Shown: one piece after another, positions 1-9,705 of the stretch
How the letters are laid out: each line of letters opens with the position of its first letter
Position numbering within the stretch: position 1 is the first letter of the stretch
DNA from: Planctomycetota bacterium
GTDB taxonomy: Bacteria > Planctomycetota > UBA1135 > UBA2386
Length of the DNA stretch: 64,000 bases
NCBI GenBank assembly: GCA_965223545.1
Contig: OZ245006.1
Location: forward strand, 1,984,001-2,048,000
Reading direction: 5' to 3'
Position numbers and translations under genes: made by a program
The notes under the pieces: generated by a model
Told to the model about the DNA's origin: nothing
The model's database searches: none
The model's input: the letters and a program-made list of their open reading frames with translations, nothing else

Positions 1-1093
1 CGACCTCGGCCAGCTCCTTGAACTGGTGGTACATCGACGGCAGCTTGCGCTTGATGAACTCGGCGTCGCGCCGCGAGGCGATGTCCAAGAACGCGCCGCC
101 GTGCGGCGAACCGCGGCCGGCCTTGACCTCCGCGGTGATCGCGCGCGCCACCACGTCGCGGGTCAGCAGCTCGGGTGGACGGCGCGCCTCGCGGTCGCCG
201 GCCAACCAGCGCGCCGCCTCGTCCTCCGAGTCCGCCGTCTCCGGCGCGAAACGCTCGGGGATGTAGTCGAACATGAAGCGCACGCCGTCCTTGTTCTTGA
301 GGATGCCGCCGTCACCGCGCACGCCCTCGGTGACCAGCGTGCCCCGCACCGAAGGTGGCCACACCATGCCGGTCGGGTGGAACTGGGTGAACTCCATGTC
401 CATCAACTCGGCGCCGGCGCGGTAGGCCATGCCAAAGCCATCGCCGCTGTACTCCCAGCTGTTGGACGTCACGCGCCAGCACTTGCCGGCACCGCCGGTG
501 GCGAAGATGACCGCCTTGGCCTTGAACAGCACGAAGCGTCCGGTCTCGCGCCAATAGCCGAGGACCCCACTCACCCGACCGTCATCCAGCATGACGTCGA
601 GGGCCGTGCACTCCATGTGCACGGCGAAGCCCTGGTGAATGCCGTGATCCTGCAGGGTGCGGATCATCTCGAGGCCGGTCCGGTCGCCGACGTGCGCCAG
701 TCGCGGATAGCGGTGACCGCCGAAGTTGCGCTGGCTGATCAGGCCGTCGGCGGTGCGGTCGAACACCGCGCCCCACTCCTCCAACTCGTGCACGCGATCC
801 GGCGCCTGCTCCGCGTGCAGCTGCGCCATCCGCCAGTTGTTGAGGAACTTGCCGCCGCGCATCGTGTCGCGGAAGTGGATCTTCCAGCCATCGCGCTGGT
901 CGACGTTGCCCAGCGCGGCCGCCATCCCGCCCTCGGCCATGACGGTGTGCGCCTTGCCCAGCAGCGACTTGCAGACGATGCCGGTGTCGAGGCCGCGCGC
1001 AGAGCTCTCGATCGCCGCGCGCAGACCGGCGCCACCGGCGCCGACGACGACGACGTCGTGCTCGAAGGTTTGCAGCTCGGAGAGATTGACCAT
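1..1093 (-). CDS. sdhA: Succinate dehydrogenase/fumarate reductase flavoprotein subunit (runs off the window edge at its 3' end)
   Basis: Own translation from ATG at 1093: MVNLSELQTFEHDVVVVGAGGAGLRAA...KAHTVMAEGG (FAD-binding GxGxxG and covalent FAD His motif), then QFHPTG, LVTEGVRGDGG and ELLTRDVVARAI. Absent from the ORF track because it is open at the edge. Confidence 0.93.
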   Translation of the reverse strand, partial: MVNLSELQTFEHDVVVVGAGGAGLRAAIESSARGLDTGIVCKSLLGKAHTVMAEGGMAAALGNVDQRDGWKIHFRDTMRGGKFLNNWRMAQLHAEQAPDRVHELEEWGAVFDRTADGLISQRNFGGHRYPRLAHVGDRTGLEMIRTLQDHGIHQGFAVHMECTALDVMLDDGRVSGVLGYWRETGRFVLFKAKAVIFATGGAGKCWRVTSNSWEYSGDGFGMAYRAGAELMDMEFTQFHPTGMVWPPSVRGTLVTEGVRGDGGILKNKDGVRFMFDYIPERFAPETADSEDEAARWLAGDREARRPPELLTRDVVARAITAEVKAGRGSPHGGAFLDIASRRDAEFIKRKLPSMYHQFKELAEV

Positions 1094-1109
1094 CGCGTTC
1101 GTTCCGCCC

Positions 1110-1961
1110 TCAGTCCCAGGTGTTGAAGTCGCGGAGGTAGCCCATCGACACCATGCGCACGTAGAAGTCGGTGAAGCCGACCCAGATCAAGCTCAGCCAC
1201 GCGAACAGCTGGTGGCGCGCGTTGAGCCAGCTGACCTTTTGCCACAGCTTGTACGACAGCGTCGGCTGCCCTTGCCGAGTGAAGGTGTTGCGCCGGCCGC
1301 CGATCAGGTGACGCCAAGAGTGGCAGCCGAAGGTGTAGCCCGCGAGCAGGATCGCGTTGACGAACATCACCAGCGAACCGACACCGATGCCGAAGTGCAG
1401 CTCACCGCCGACCTCGCGAAACAGCGAGATCACCGCGTCGTAGGTCAGGATGACGATGAACGCGACCGCGAAGTAGAGCGCGTAGCGGTGCAGGTTCTGG
1501 AACAACAGCAACCGCGTCTCGCCCTTGTAGTTGGCCTGACCGATCGGACACACCGCGCAGCCCGGTGGCGTGGCGGCGAACGACCGGTAGTAGGCCTTGC
1601 GGTAGTAGTAGCAGGTGAAGCGGAACGTGCCTGGAAACACCAGGATGAAGAACGCGGGCGACGCCGGCAGGAACGACGGCCACCAGCTCGGCCAGGCGCC
1701 GAACCACGCGTGGTGCGCCGGCGCCGCACCCACCGTTCCGGGCGGACTCGCGAACAGGACCGGGGAGTAGAACGGCGACAGGTAGGAGCCCCAGTAGTAG
1801 TGCTCCCCCTGGAACGCCGCCCACGTCGAGTAGATCACGAATGCGCCGAGGCCGAACACGGTCAACGCCGGTCCGACCCACCAGCGGTCGGTTCGCGCCG
1901 TCTTGCCGAACGACGTCTCGTGGCCACCCGGAATCGACGGAGCAGAGGCGGTGGTGGTCAT
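1110..1961 (-). CDS. Succinate dehydrogenase membrane anchor subunit (actinobacterial Sdh1/Rv0249c-like)
   Basis: Multi-TM protein with YLSPFYSP, FRFTCYYYRKAYYRSF, QNLHRY and YTFGCHSWRH motifs, directly upstream of sdhA. Confidence 0.85.
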   Translation of the reverse strand: MTTTASAPSIPGGHETSFGKTARTDRWWVGPALTVFGLGAFVIYSTWAAFQGEHYYWGSYLSPFYSPVLFASPPGTVGAAPAHHAWFGAWPSWWPSFLPASPAFFILVFPGTFRFTCYYYRKAYYRSFAATPPGCAVCPIGQANYKGETRLLLFQNLHRYALYFAVAFIVILTYDAVISLFREVGGELHFGIGVGSLVMFVNAILLAGYTFGCHSWRHLIGGRRNTFTRQGQPTLSYKLWQKVSWLNARHQLFAWLSLIWVGFTDFYVRMVSMGYLRDFNTWD

Positions 1962-2145
1962 GGACGCGCTCACTGAAACCGGGAGCGGGGACCGGGGCAA
2001 GGCGTTTCTGCTGGCCCGGCAACGGCCTTGTCCGGCGTCTTGGGTGCCGCCGCAGCGCTACAGCAGCGTCGCCCTCGGACGACAGCGCTCAACGGAAATC
2101 CGCGCTCAACCGCCGCAGCGAACGGCGAGACGGCGCCCGGAAGCG

Positions 2146-2161
2146 CGGCACACGCGTTGCA
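2146..2161 (+). promoter_or_regulatory. Putative sigma54 -24/-12 promoter
   Basis: CGGCACACGCGTTGCA fits GG-N10-GC with GGCAC and TTGC. The predicted start site falls at about 2172-2173, on the ATG of the downstream small gene. Confidence 0.5.
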
Positions 2162-2172
2162 CCGGCAAGGGC

Positions 2173-2409
2173 ATGAAAAACGCGACCTCGAGCCTTGCCC
2201 GCACCACCGGGCGCCTCGCCGCGGCGGCGGCCCTGTTGCTGATGGCGGGCAGCTTGACCGGCTGCCACGCGATCCTCGCGCACCACTTCTTGCACCACCA
2301 CGGCCACCACCACTCGCACCGGCACCACCAGCATCGCCACACGGTGGTCCACCCGGCGCCCCGACCTCACGTGCACGTCATCCCACGCCGGCGGGCCCGC
2401 TGTCGCTGA
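2173..2409 (+). CDS. Small His-rich putative lipoprotein (78 aa)
   Basis: MKNATSSLARTTGRLAAAAALLLMAGSLTG-C signal with lipobox, followed by HAILAHHFLHHHGHHHSHRHHQHRH (17 His in the mature part). Confidence 0.65.
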   Translation: MKNATSSLARTTGRLAAAAALLLMAGSLTGCHAILAHHFLHHHGHHHSHRHHQHRHTVVHPAPRPHVHVIPRRRARCR

Positions 2410-2443
2410 GCCGTGCGTGGGGCGGATCGCCCCTCCCCTCGTT

Positions 2444-3643
2444 TCAACGCGGGCGCCAGGGCAACTGCGCGGTCGAGGCGGTGACCTGGCGCCGCGAAAA
2501 CACCAGCCAACGCCCCTCCGGCCGACACCGCCGGTAGCCCAGCAGGTGAAACAGCTCGCGCACCAGCCAGCGGGCAATGCGCGGATCGACCCGCAGGGCA
2601 TCGACGCGATCCGGATGGCGCCGCACGCCGGGCAGCACCGGCACGATCGCGTCCAGTCGCAGCCGGCGCAGCCACCGCGCCAACACCAACCAAAACACCG
2701 CGACCTCGCGCACCAGGAAGAAGCCGTCCTCGCCCTTCCCCTGATACAGCGGCAGCAACACCATGCCGTTCTCGATCGCCACGACCTCGCCGCGCGCGTC
2801 GTCGGCCAGCACGTCGCCCTTGCTCACCGGATCGAAGCTCTGGTAGCCCGGCCGCATGCGAAACCGATCCTGCGGCCGGATGCGGTGGTGGTCGCGCACT
2901 TCGACGACGTGCGGCGCGCCGCGAGAGGCGGCGCCGAGCCGCTCGCGGTGCTGCTCCAGATCGGGCACGTCGTCGGCGGCGATCGCGCCGATCGCGACCA
3001 TCACCAGCCAGATCGCCGCCTCGAGCGCATCCACCGTCGCCGGGTGCTGGTGGCGACCTCCCTCGATCGCGATCGCCGCCAAGCCGCGCTCGTTGAAGTA
3101 CTCCATCACCGCGCCGTCGATGGTCTCCTCGAGGCCGAGGATCACCGGGATCGGCAGCGAGAACGCGATGTGCCGGTTGGGCATGGTGTCACCCATGCAG
3201 CAGAACGGCGGTCCATCGGCGGAGCTGGTGTGCAGATCGAGAAACACCACCGGGCCCGCGCTCTGGCCGACGCAGCGGTCGAACTCGCGCAGCAGCTCGC
3301 GCTGCTCGCGATCCTCCTCGTCGTCGGCGCTCGGGTCCCGGCTCAACAGCGCCGAGACCTGCCCCGACAACCACTGCCGGTTGAGATCGCGCTGCGAGAA
3401 GCGCTCGCCGCGCGCCAAGGCCCCCAGGTTGCCGGCCAGCGCCTCGACCCGACCATGCAGCGGCGCGCCGCGCTGCTGCAGCGAATCCAGCACCCGGCGC
3501 TGCGCCTCCAGGCCGGCCGGCTCGTTGCCGTGCACACCCGCGACGATCACCAGAGTCGGACCGGGCCGGCCCGCGGTGTAGTGGCCGATCAGCCGCTCGG
3601 CCCGACGCCCCTCGGGGGGTGGAATGACCGCGTTGCCATTCAC
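2444..3643 (-). CDS. Succinylglutamate desuccinylase/aspartoacylase (M14-like) family protein
   Basis: GVHGNEPAG, DLNRQW, FLDLHTSS and IEGGRH motifs. The GTG start overlaps the upstream TGA (GTGA). Confidence 0.85.
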   Translation of the reverse strand: MNGNAVIPPPEGRRAERLIGHYTAGRPGPTLVIVAGVHGNEPAGLEAQRRVLDSLQQRGAPLHGRVEALAGNLGALARGERFSQRDLNRQWLSGQVSALLSRDPSADDEEDREQRELLREFDRCVGQSAGPVVFLDLHTSSADGPPFCCMGDTMPNRHIAFSLPIPVILGLEETIDGAVMEYFNERGLAAIAIEGGRHQHPATVDALEAAIWLVMVAIGAIAADDVPDLEQHRERLGAASRGAPHVVEVRDHHRIRPQDRFRMRPGYQSFDPVSKGDVLADDARGEVVAIENGMVLLPLYQGKGEDGFFLVREVAVFWLVLARWLRRLRLDAIVPVLPGVRRHPDRVDALRVDPRIARWLVRELFHLLGYRRCRPEGRWLVFSRRQVTASTAQLPWRPR

Positions 3644-5568
3644 GAGTCTATGGACTCCCGTAGATGCTCCTCGAACAGGCGAGCCGCGACGCCGATCAGA
3701 TCGCGCTCGGTGATGATGCCGACCAACCGCCCGGCCTCGACCACGGGCAGACAACCGACCTGCTGCTCGCGCATCAGCTCGATCGCGCGCAGGGTGGGCG
3801 TCTCCGGCCCGACGGTGACCGGATCTCGCTTCATCACGTCGCGCACGCAGAACGACTCGCCGCGCTCGCGATCGATACCGCGGCCGACCAACCGCAACAG
3901 CGATCGGTGCGAGACCAGGCCGACGAGCACGCCGTCGGCGTCTTCGACCGGCACGTGGCGAATGTGCTCCCACTCCATCAAGCTGGCCGCCAGGTCGACG
4001 ATGTCTCCCGGTTGCACGGTGAACAGGTCGGTGGTCATGAACTGACCGACCTGCAAGTAGCTGGTGCGCCAATCGCCGAGCTCGTCGAGGCTGCAAAGCT
4101 CCCAGTGGTGCACCGGCATCCCCGCCTCTTGGCGCTCGGCCGCACCGAGCGTCAACGCGCGCATTCTCTGATCGCCCGTGCCCTGCCTTCCCATCGCCGC
4201 CAGCGAATCGAGCGCCCAGCGCGCGCCGGTGCGCCCGGCCTTGACGCGATCCTCCAGCACGCCGAGGTACTCGTCGATGTCGGCGCTGGCGACGCCGCGG
4301 CCAGCGAGCCCTTGGCGGGCAAGCGGCGCCAGGTGATCGAGGATCAGCCGGGCGGCCGGGTAGGTCTTGCCGTGGATCCAAGTCAAGTGTCCCTCCAGGC
4401 CACGGCGCGCCGCAGTGACGAAGTTCTCCTTGGCGTGATCGAAGTCCATGACGCGGTGGATCTCACCGAATTCGTCGACGAGGGCGGACATCAGGCCGAA
4501 GAAGAACGCCGCGTTGGCCATCTCATCGCGAATTGTGGGCCCCGCCGGCAGCACCCGATTCTCGATCCGCAGGTGAGCGACGCCGGCGTTCACCCCGTAG
4601 CAGGCCCGGTTCCAGCGATACACCGTACCGTTGTGCAAGCGCAGTGCCGGCAGGGATGGTACCTCGCCGCGCGCGACCATCTCCTCCGGGTCCTCACCGG
4701 CCTCGGTGGACAACAGAACGCGGAACCGAGCGATGTCCTCGCGGTAGATCTCGAGCGCCGAGCTCTCCACCCAGGAGTCGCCGAAGCTGACGCGGGGCCG
4801 TTGGCCGCGCGCGGTCTGCAGTTGGCTGCGGACGTCCACCGACTGCTGGAACAGCGCGACTCGGGTCTCCTTCCACAAGCGCTTGCCCAGCAACACCGGC
4901 GAGTTGACCGCCGCCGCTAACACCGGCCCGGTGATTGCCTGGGCGAGGTTGTAGAGCTTGGCGAACTCCGGCCCGGCCACCTGGAAGTGGACCTGAAAGC
5001 TCGTGTTGCACGACTCCAGCATCACGTTGTCGTGGGTGATGTCGAAGTCGTCGATCCCCTTGATGCGGAAATCGAACGCGCCGCCGCGCAACGCGCACAT
5101 GGCGTCGTTGAGCGCCAGGTAGCGCGGGTTCGGGGTCATGCTGTCGAGACCGAGATCGCGCCGCTGCAAGGTCGGCAGGATACCGGTCAACAACACGCGG
5201 GCATCGCACGCGGCCGCCGCCTCGCGGGCGTGCTGGACCAGGGTCTGCAGCTCGTCCTCCATGCGACGCAGCGCGTCACCGCTCAGCTCGTACGGAGAGA
5301 GGTTGGCTTCGAGGTTGAACAGCGCCAGCTCGGTGGTGAACTGATCGTGGCCGAGGTGGTCGAGCACGCGCGTCGCCACTGGTGCGGGACGGCCGCCGTG
5401 GTCGAGCAGAAACATCTCCTGCTCGGCGCCGATGCGGCGCACACCCGACTCGATCATGCCGGAGTCGAGCATCCGCTCCAACGCGCGCACGTCGGCCAAG
5501 AGATGCCGCGTGAACGAGCGCAGCTCGTCGTCGTTCAGCCGTCCGGAGACCTTGTCGTGCTGCCCCAT
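3640..5568 (-). CDS. Glutamate-cysteine ligase family 2 (GCS2-like) protein with C-terminal CBS pair
   Basis: IGAEQE, TTELALFNLEAN, ESCNTSFQVH, HNGTVYRWNR and HLRIENR motifs, with two CBS domains at the C-terminus (MTTDLFTV..., VMKRDPVTV...LVGIITERD). Confidence 0.85.
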   Translation of the reverse strand: MGQHDKVSGRLNDDELRSFTRHLLADVRALERMLDSGMIESGVRRIGAEQEMFLLDHGGRPAPVATRVLDHLGHDQFTTELALFNLEANLSPYELSGDALRRMEDELQTLVQHAREAAAACDARVLLTGILPTLQRRDLGLDSMTPNPRYLALNDAMCALRGGAFDFRIKGIDDFDITHDNVMLESCNTSFQVHFQVAGPEFAKLYNLAQAITGPVLAAAVNSPVLLGKRLWKETRVALFQQSVDVRSQLQTARGQRPRVSFGDSWVESSALEIYREDIARFRVLLSTEAGEDPEEMVARGEVPSLPALRLHNGTVYRWNRACYGVNAGVAHLRIENRVLPAGPTIRDEMANAAFFFGLMSALVDEFGEIHRVMDFDHAKENFVTAARRGLEGHLTWIHGKTYPAARLILDHLAPLARQGLAGRGVASADIDEYLGVLEDRVKAGRTGARWALDSLAAMGRQGTGDQRMRALTLGAAERQEAGMPVHHWELCSLDELGDWRTSYLQVGQFMTTDLFTVQPGDIVDLAASLMEWEHIRHVPVEDADGVLVGLVSHRSLLRLVGRGIDRERGESFCVRDVMKRDPVTVGPETPTLRAIELMREQQVGCLPVVEAGRLVGIITERDLIGVAARLFEEHLRESIDS

Positions 5569-5684
5569 GGCGCGTCGCGCGCAGTGCGCGCGCATCAGCA
5601 GAACGCCAGACGCAGCCGCGCACAAGCGGCAAACGCGGCGGGGGGGGCAGGGCCAACGGGGGCGGCCCTCCGTGGCCGCCCCCA

Positions 5685-5889
5685 TGTGCGTCCGGGGCCG
5701 AGAATCTTCGAGCGGCGACAACACTTCCGAAGGCCGGTTGTCGTCGGGATTTCGATACCGCAACTCCCGGCCGCTGAGAAGCAACACTGGCGTCTGCGCT
5801 CAGCGCGGCCGTCCGGCACCGTTGGATTCGCGGGCTCCGCTAGTGTCGCGGCGCACTCGGTCTTTGGTTGCGGCCCCGGCCGCGCTGAG
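5685..5889 (+). repeat. Dispersed ~205 bp two-hairpin repeat, copy 1 (MITE/REP-like)
   Basis: Near-identical to 18011-18215 (reverse complement) and 50424-50628. Invariant cores TTCGATACCGCAACTCCC and AAGCAACACTGGCGTCTGCGCTCAGCG. Confidence 0.9.
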
Positions 5890-5893
5890 GCAC

Positions 5894-8812
5894 TCAGCTG
5901 CCGACGACGAGCTCGAGGCCGTTGGTGGCGATCACGCCCAGCGGGTTGGCCGGCGGATCGACGGCGAACCACTGGATGTCGACGGCACCGCCGATCAAGC
6001 CCGGGTTGTTGGGGATCCCCACCGGCACCACGTTCTTGCCGATGGCGTCGGAGAACGAAGGCAGTGACACCATGGGCTGCGTGGCCAAGGTGCAACCCGG
6101 CATGCCGATGCCACCGAGCGGCAGCGCGGTGCGGGGCGCGCCAAAGGCGAGGATCAACGGCGCGGTCGGGGGCGCCGACGTCAGATACATCTGCACCGGC
6201 TGGCCGATGCCAGGCCGCCCCCGCCCGCTGGCGCGCGGCAGGCTGCCGTTGCTGCCAACGCAGCCGACGCCGTAGCTCTCGAAGAAACCCGGGTTGGCCG
6301 GCAAGACGCTGTGCAGGAACTGCACCAGGCCGGACTCGGGGCCATTGGGGTCCGCGGTGGGCGCACCGACGGCGATCTCGGCACGGCCGTCACCGTTGAC
6401 GTCCGGCAGCGAGAGCATCGAGGTGCCGAACAGATCGCCCGGATTGGCGCCACCGAAATTGAGCAGGGGCGGGCCACCGAAACGGCCGGAGATCACCGCG
6501 ACCGCGCCCGCGTCGACGCCGACCACGGTGTCGGCGCGGGGCGCGCCGGCCAGGTAGTCGACGATCCCGTCGGAGTCGATGTCGCCGGCGGCGGCGACAG
6601 AACCGCCGAGCTGGTCGCCCGGGCCCGCGCCGCGGTTCTCGAACAGGACCGCGCCGCTGGCGCCGGAGAACACCCGGACGAAGCCGGCGACGGCACCGTT
6701 CTGATTGCCCCACGGAGCGCCGACGACGAAGTCGTTGACGCCATCGCCGTCGATGTCGCCACCGAGCCCGGCCACCGACTGACCGAAGGCATCGCCGGTG
6801 CGCGTTCCCCAGCGCGAGTAGAGGGTCGTGCCGTCCACTCCCGAGCACACCCGCACGGTGCCGCGGCCGACGGCCACGGGCACCAGCTGCGGACCACCGG
6901 CGACGAAGTCGTCGACCCCATCGCCGTTGAGGTCACCGATCCGTGCCACGGACACGCCAAGCCACTCGCTGTTCAGCGTGCCATCGACGCTGTAGAGCTG
7001 GGTCCCCGACTGGCCGGAGTAGACCACGACGGTACCGCGCGTGGTCAGCGCCTCGGGCGCGCCCGCCATGTAGTCGTCGATGCCATCGTTGTCGACATCG
7101 CCCAGGCCATCGACGGCGGAGCCGAGCCGATCGCCGAGAGCGGCGCCGAAGTGCGTGCGCAGCTCCGCGCCGGTCGCCCCGGAGTACAGGCGCACCAGCC
7201 CGGCGTTGGCGCCGTTGGTGCGGTCGCCGTGCGCGCCGACGATGATGTCCGACACGCCGTCGTTGTCCACATCCCCGGCATCGCCGACGGCGGAGCCGAG
7301 CTCGTCTTGACTGTCGTCACCTTCGAAGGTGAACAGCACGGAGCGGTCGCTGCCGGAGTAGACCCGGACCACGCCGTTGCGGGTGCGCCCCAGGGTGGAC
7401 TCCTGCATGGCGCCGACGACGAAGTCGTCGACTCCGTCGCCATTGAGATCGCCGAGCCGCGCCATGCGACGCCCGAACAAGGCATTGCTGGCGGCCGGCG
7501 CCAGAGTGCCGGCGTCCGAGTACTCGCATGGCACCGCCTGGAACAGGTACGCGGTTCCGGCATCGGCGTTGGCACCGACGTCCACCAGGCTCGCGCCGAT
7601 CACCAGATCGCCGAGGCCGTCGCGGTTGACATCGCCGGCAAACGCCACGGCCACGCCGAACCAATCCGCATCGTTTTCACCGCGCTGCGAGCAAAGCGGC
7701 GTGCCGTCGGCGCCGGAGTACACCGTCGCGAACCCGGCGTCGGTGCGCGGCGTGTCGCGCCACGGCGAACCAACGATCACGTCCGAGCGGCCATCGCCGT
7801 CGTAGTCGTGGCCGCCGCCGACCGAAGTACCGAACGCATCGCCGGCGAACAGACCATCGAAGGACAGCAGCTGAGAGCCGTCCGCCCCCGACATCACGCG
7901 CGCGCTACCGGCATCAGCCGCCTTGTTGTCGTCGTTCGGCACGCCGAGGATGACGTCACTCATGCCATCGCCGTCGACGTCGCCGGCGCGGAACACTGCA
8001 AAGCCGAGGTGGTCGCCGGGCGAATCGCCGACGAACGCGTGCAGCACACTGCCATCGACGCCGGAGTACACCCGGGCCAAGCCGGACCCATTGCCGTTGT
8101 TGTCGTCGACGGGTGCGCCGACGATGACGTCGGCGAAGCAATCCCCATTGACGTCGCCGGCATGCGCGACCGACCAACCGAACGCGTCGTCCATCGAGTC
8201 ACCGGCAAAGCCGTGCAGCAGGCTGCCGTCCCGACCGGAGAACACGCGCACATAGCCGGCCCCCACCCCGGGGCCCTTCTGCGGCGCGCCGACGATGACG
8301 TCGTCGAAACCGTCGTTGTTGACGTCACCGCCACCACCGACGGCGTAGCCGAACCAATCGTTGGCGCCGCTGCCGTCGAACACGTGCAGCACGGTGCCGT
8401 CGAGACCCGAATAGACCACCGCGCGACCGGCGTCGGCAGCGGCGGTGTCGTTCCGCGGCGCGCCGACGATCACATCGTGGCGGCCATCGCCGTTGACGTC
8501 ACCGGCGCCGCTGACGGCAAAGCCGAACTGGTCGCCGGCGGCGTCGCCGTTGAGCGTGCGCAGCACGGCACCGGTTGCACCCGAAGCCAGAATGACCGCA
8601 CCGCCATCGGCGCCGACCGTGTCGTCGAGCGGTGCACCGAGCGCGACATCGCTGCGGCCGTCACCATCGAGGTCACCGACACCGGCAACTGCCGCGCCGA
8701 GGTTGTCACCCCCGGCGGCGCCGGCGAATGTGTGCAGAGGTCCCTGCGCGGCGCCGAACGTCGCCAGGGCCGCAGCGGTGGCTGCGACGAGGAGAGGGGA
8801 GGAAGCTTGCAT
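5894..8812 (-). CDS. Secreted FG-GAP (integrin-alpha beta-propeller) repeat protein
   Basis: Signal peptide, then about 14 repeats of FGxxV...GD(V/L)xGDGxxD(V/F)IVGAP (two propellers), then a short C-terminal beta domain. Confidence 0.9.
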   Translation of the reverse strand: MQASSPLLVAATAAALATFGAAQGPLHTFAGAAGGDNLGAAVAGVGDLDGDGRSDVALGAPLDDTVGADGGAVILASGATGAVLRTLNGDAAGDQFGFAVSGAGDVNGDGRHDVIVGAPRNDTAAADAGRAVVYSGLDGTVLHVFDGSGANDWFGYAVGGGGDVNNDGFDDVIVGAPQKGPGVGAGYVRVFSGRDGSLLHGFAGDSMDDAFGWSVAHAGDVNGDCFADVIVGAPVDDNNGNGSGLARVYSGVDGSVLHAFVGDSPGDHLGFAVFRAGDVDGDGMSDVILGVPNDDNKAADAGSARVMSGADGSQLLSFDGLFAGDAFGTSVGGGHDYDGDGRSDVIVGSPWRDTPRTDAGFATVYSGADGTPLCSQRGENDADWFGVAVAFAGDVNRDGLGDLVIGASLVDVGANADAGTAYLFQAVPCEYSDAGTLAPAASNALFGRRMARLGDLNGDGVDDFVVGAMQESTLGRTRNGVVRVYSGSDRSVLFTFEGDDSQDELGSAVGDAGDVDNDGVSDIIVGAHGDRTNGANAGLVRLYSGATGAELRTHFGAALGDRLGSAVDGLGDVDNDGIDDYMAGAPEALTTRGTVVVYSGQSGTQLYSVDGTLNSEWLGVSVARIGDLNGDGVDDFVAGGPQLVPVAVGRGTVRVCSGVDGTTLYSRWGTRTGDAFGQSVAGLGGDIDGDGVNDFVVGAPWGNQNGAVAGFVRVFSGASGAVLFENRGAGPGDQLGGSVAAAGDIDSDGIVDYLAGAPRADTVVGVDAGAVAVISGRFGGPPLLNFGGANPGDLFGTSMLSLPDVNGDGRAEIAVGAPTADPNGPESGLVQFLHSVLPANPGFFESYGVGCVGSNGSLPRASGRGRPGIGQPVQMYLTSAPPTAPLILAFGAPRTALPLGGIGMPGCTLATQPMVSLPSFSDAIGKNVVPVGIPNNPGLIGGAVDIQWFAVDPPANPLGVIATNGLELVVGS

Positions 8813-8939
8813 CGGAGGATTCCAAAGGGAGTGTGGGCCCGACCGGACCAAAGAGTCGGAGCCCCGGTCAGACCGAAGAACTCTACCTTGCTCTTCGCCG
8901 CAATGCGTTCCGGGTTGGCCCGGAGGAAGACGCCGGGTC

Positions 8940-9530
8940 CTAGACGGCGGCGGCGTGCAGCCGAGGCATCGGCGGCAAGGCGGCGATCACGGCGGCCTCG
9001 TGCCGCGTGAGCTCGACCATCCTGGCGCGCGTGCCCTCCGCCCCGAAACGCTCCACCGCAAAACCAAGGTAGAGGTCGTGGTGGCGTGCCTCGCTGCCGA
9101 CCAGCTCGTGGTAGAGCCCGGCGAGCTCGCGGTCGATCGGCTTCAACGCGTTTTGCAGCAACAGCATGCGCTCGCAGCTCCGGGCCTCGATCAAGGCGTT
9201 GCACAAGAGGGTGTCCAGCAGCCGCTCCGGCTCGTTGCCGCGCACCGCCCCGAGCAGCCGGCGCGCATAGGGGCTCGCTACCTGTGGGCCGAATTGGATC
9301 CCGCGACGCTCGAGCACTGCCAGCACCGCCGCGAAGTGCTCGAGCTCCTCCCTCGCCAGCGCGGCCAGCGGGGCATGCAGGCCGACGTCGGCGGGATAGC
9401 GGAACAGGTAGCGCAGCGCGGCGGCGGCGGCCTTCTTCTCCAGGTGGGCCTGCTCGATCAGGATCTCGTCCAGATGCGGCAGCGCGGCCACCCCCCAATC
9501 GGCGGGCGTCTCCGAGCCGAGGTTCAGCAT
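8940..9530 (-). CDS. miaE: tRNA-(ms2io6A) hydroxylase, ferritin-like di-iron
   Basis: AHLEKKAA, LAREELEHF, ALIEARSCER and SEARHH motifs. Confidence 0.9.
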   Translation of the reverse strand: MLNLGSETPADWGVAALPHLDEILIEQAHLEKKAAAAALRYLFRYPADVGLHAPLAALAREELEHFAAVLAVLERRGIQFGPQVASPYARRLLGAVRGNEPERLLDTLLCNALIEARSCERMLLLQNALKPIDRELAGLYHELVGSEARHHDLYLGFAVERFGAEGTRARMVELTRHEAAVIAALPPMPRLHAAAV

Positions 9531-9705
9531 GCGCCCACGCCCCGCGGCAAGGGGACGGCCGAGGGGCGGTGAATCTCCCGGAGCGCATGCACGGTCTGCG
9601 GTATGATGCCCGACGGCACACCTCGGCGCCACTCGGCGGACCAAGGCACGGTCCATCGGAATCCGCGCCCGGACCTCTATCCCCTTCGAACGACCGCAGA
9701 CTCTC

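Noticed and set aside
6311..9010. Long antisense ORFs (also 21715-24741, 36355-39927, 12529-15609, 41988-43898)
   Set aside because: These are shadow frames of real genes in high-GC DNA and carry no recognisable motifs.
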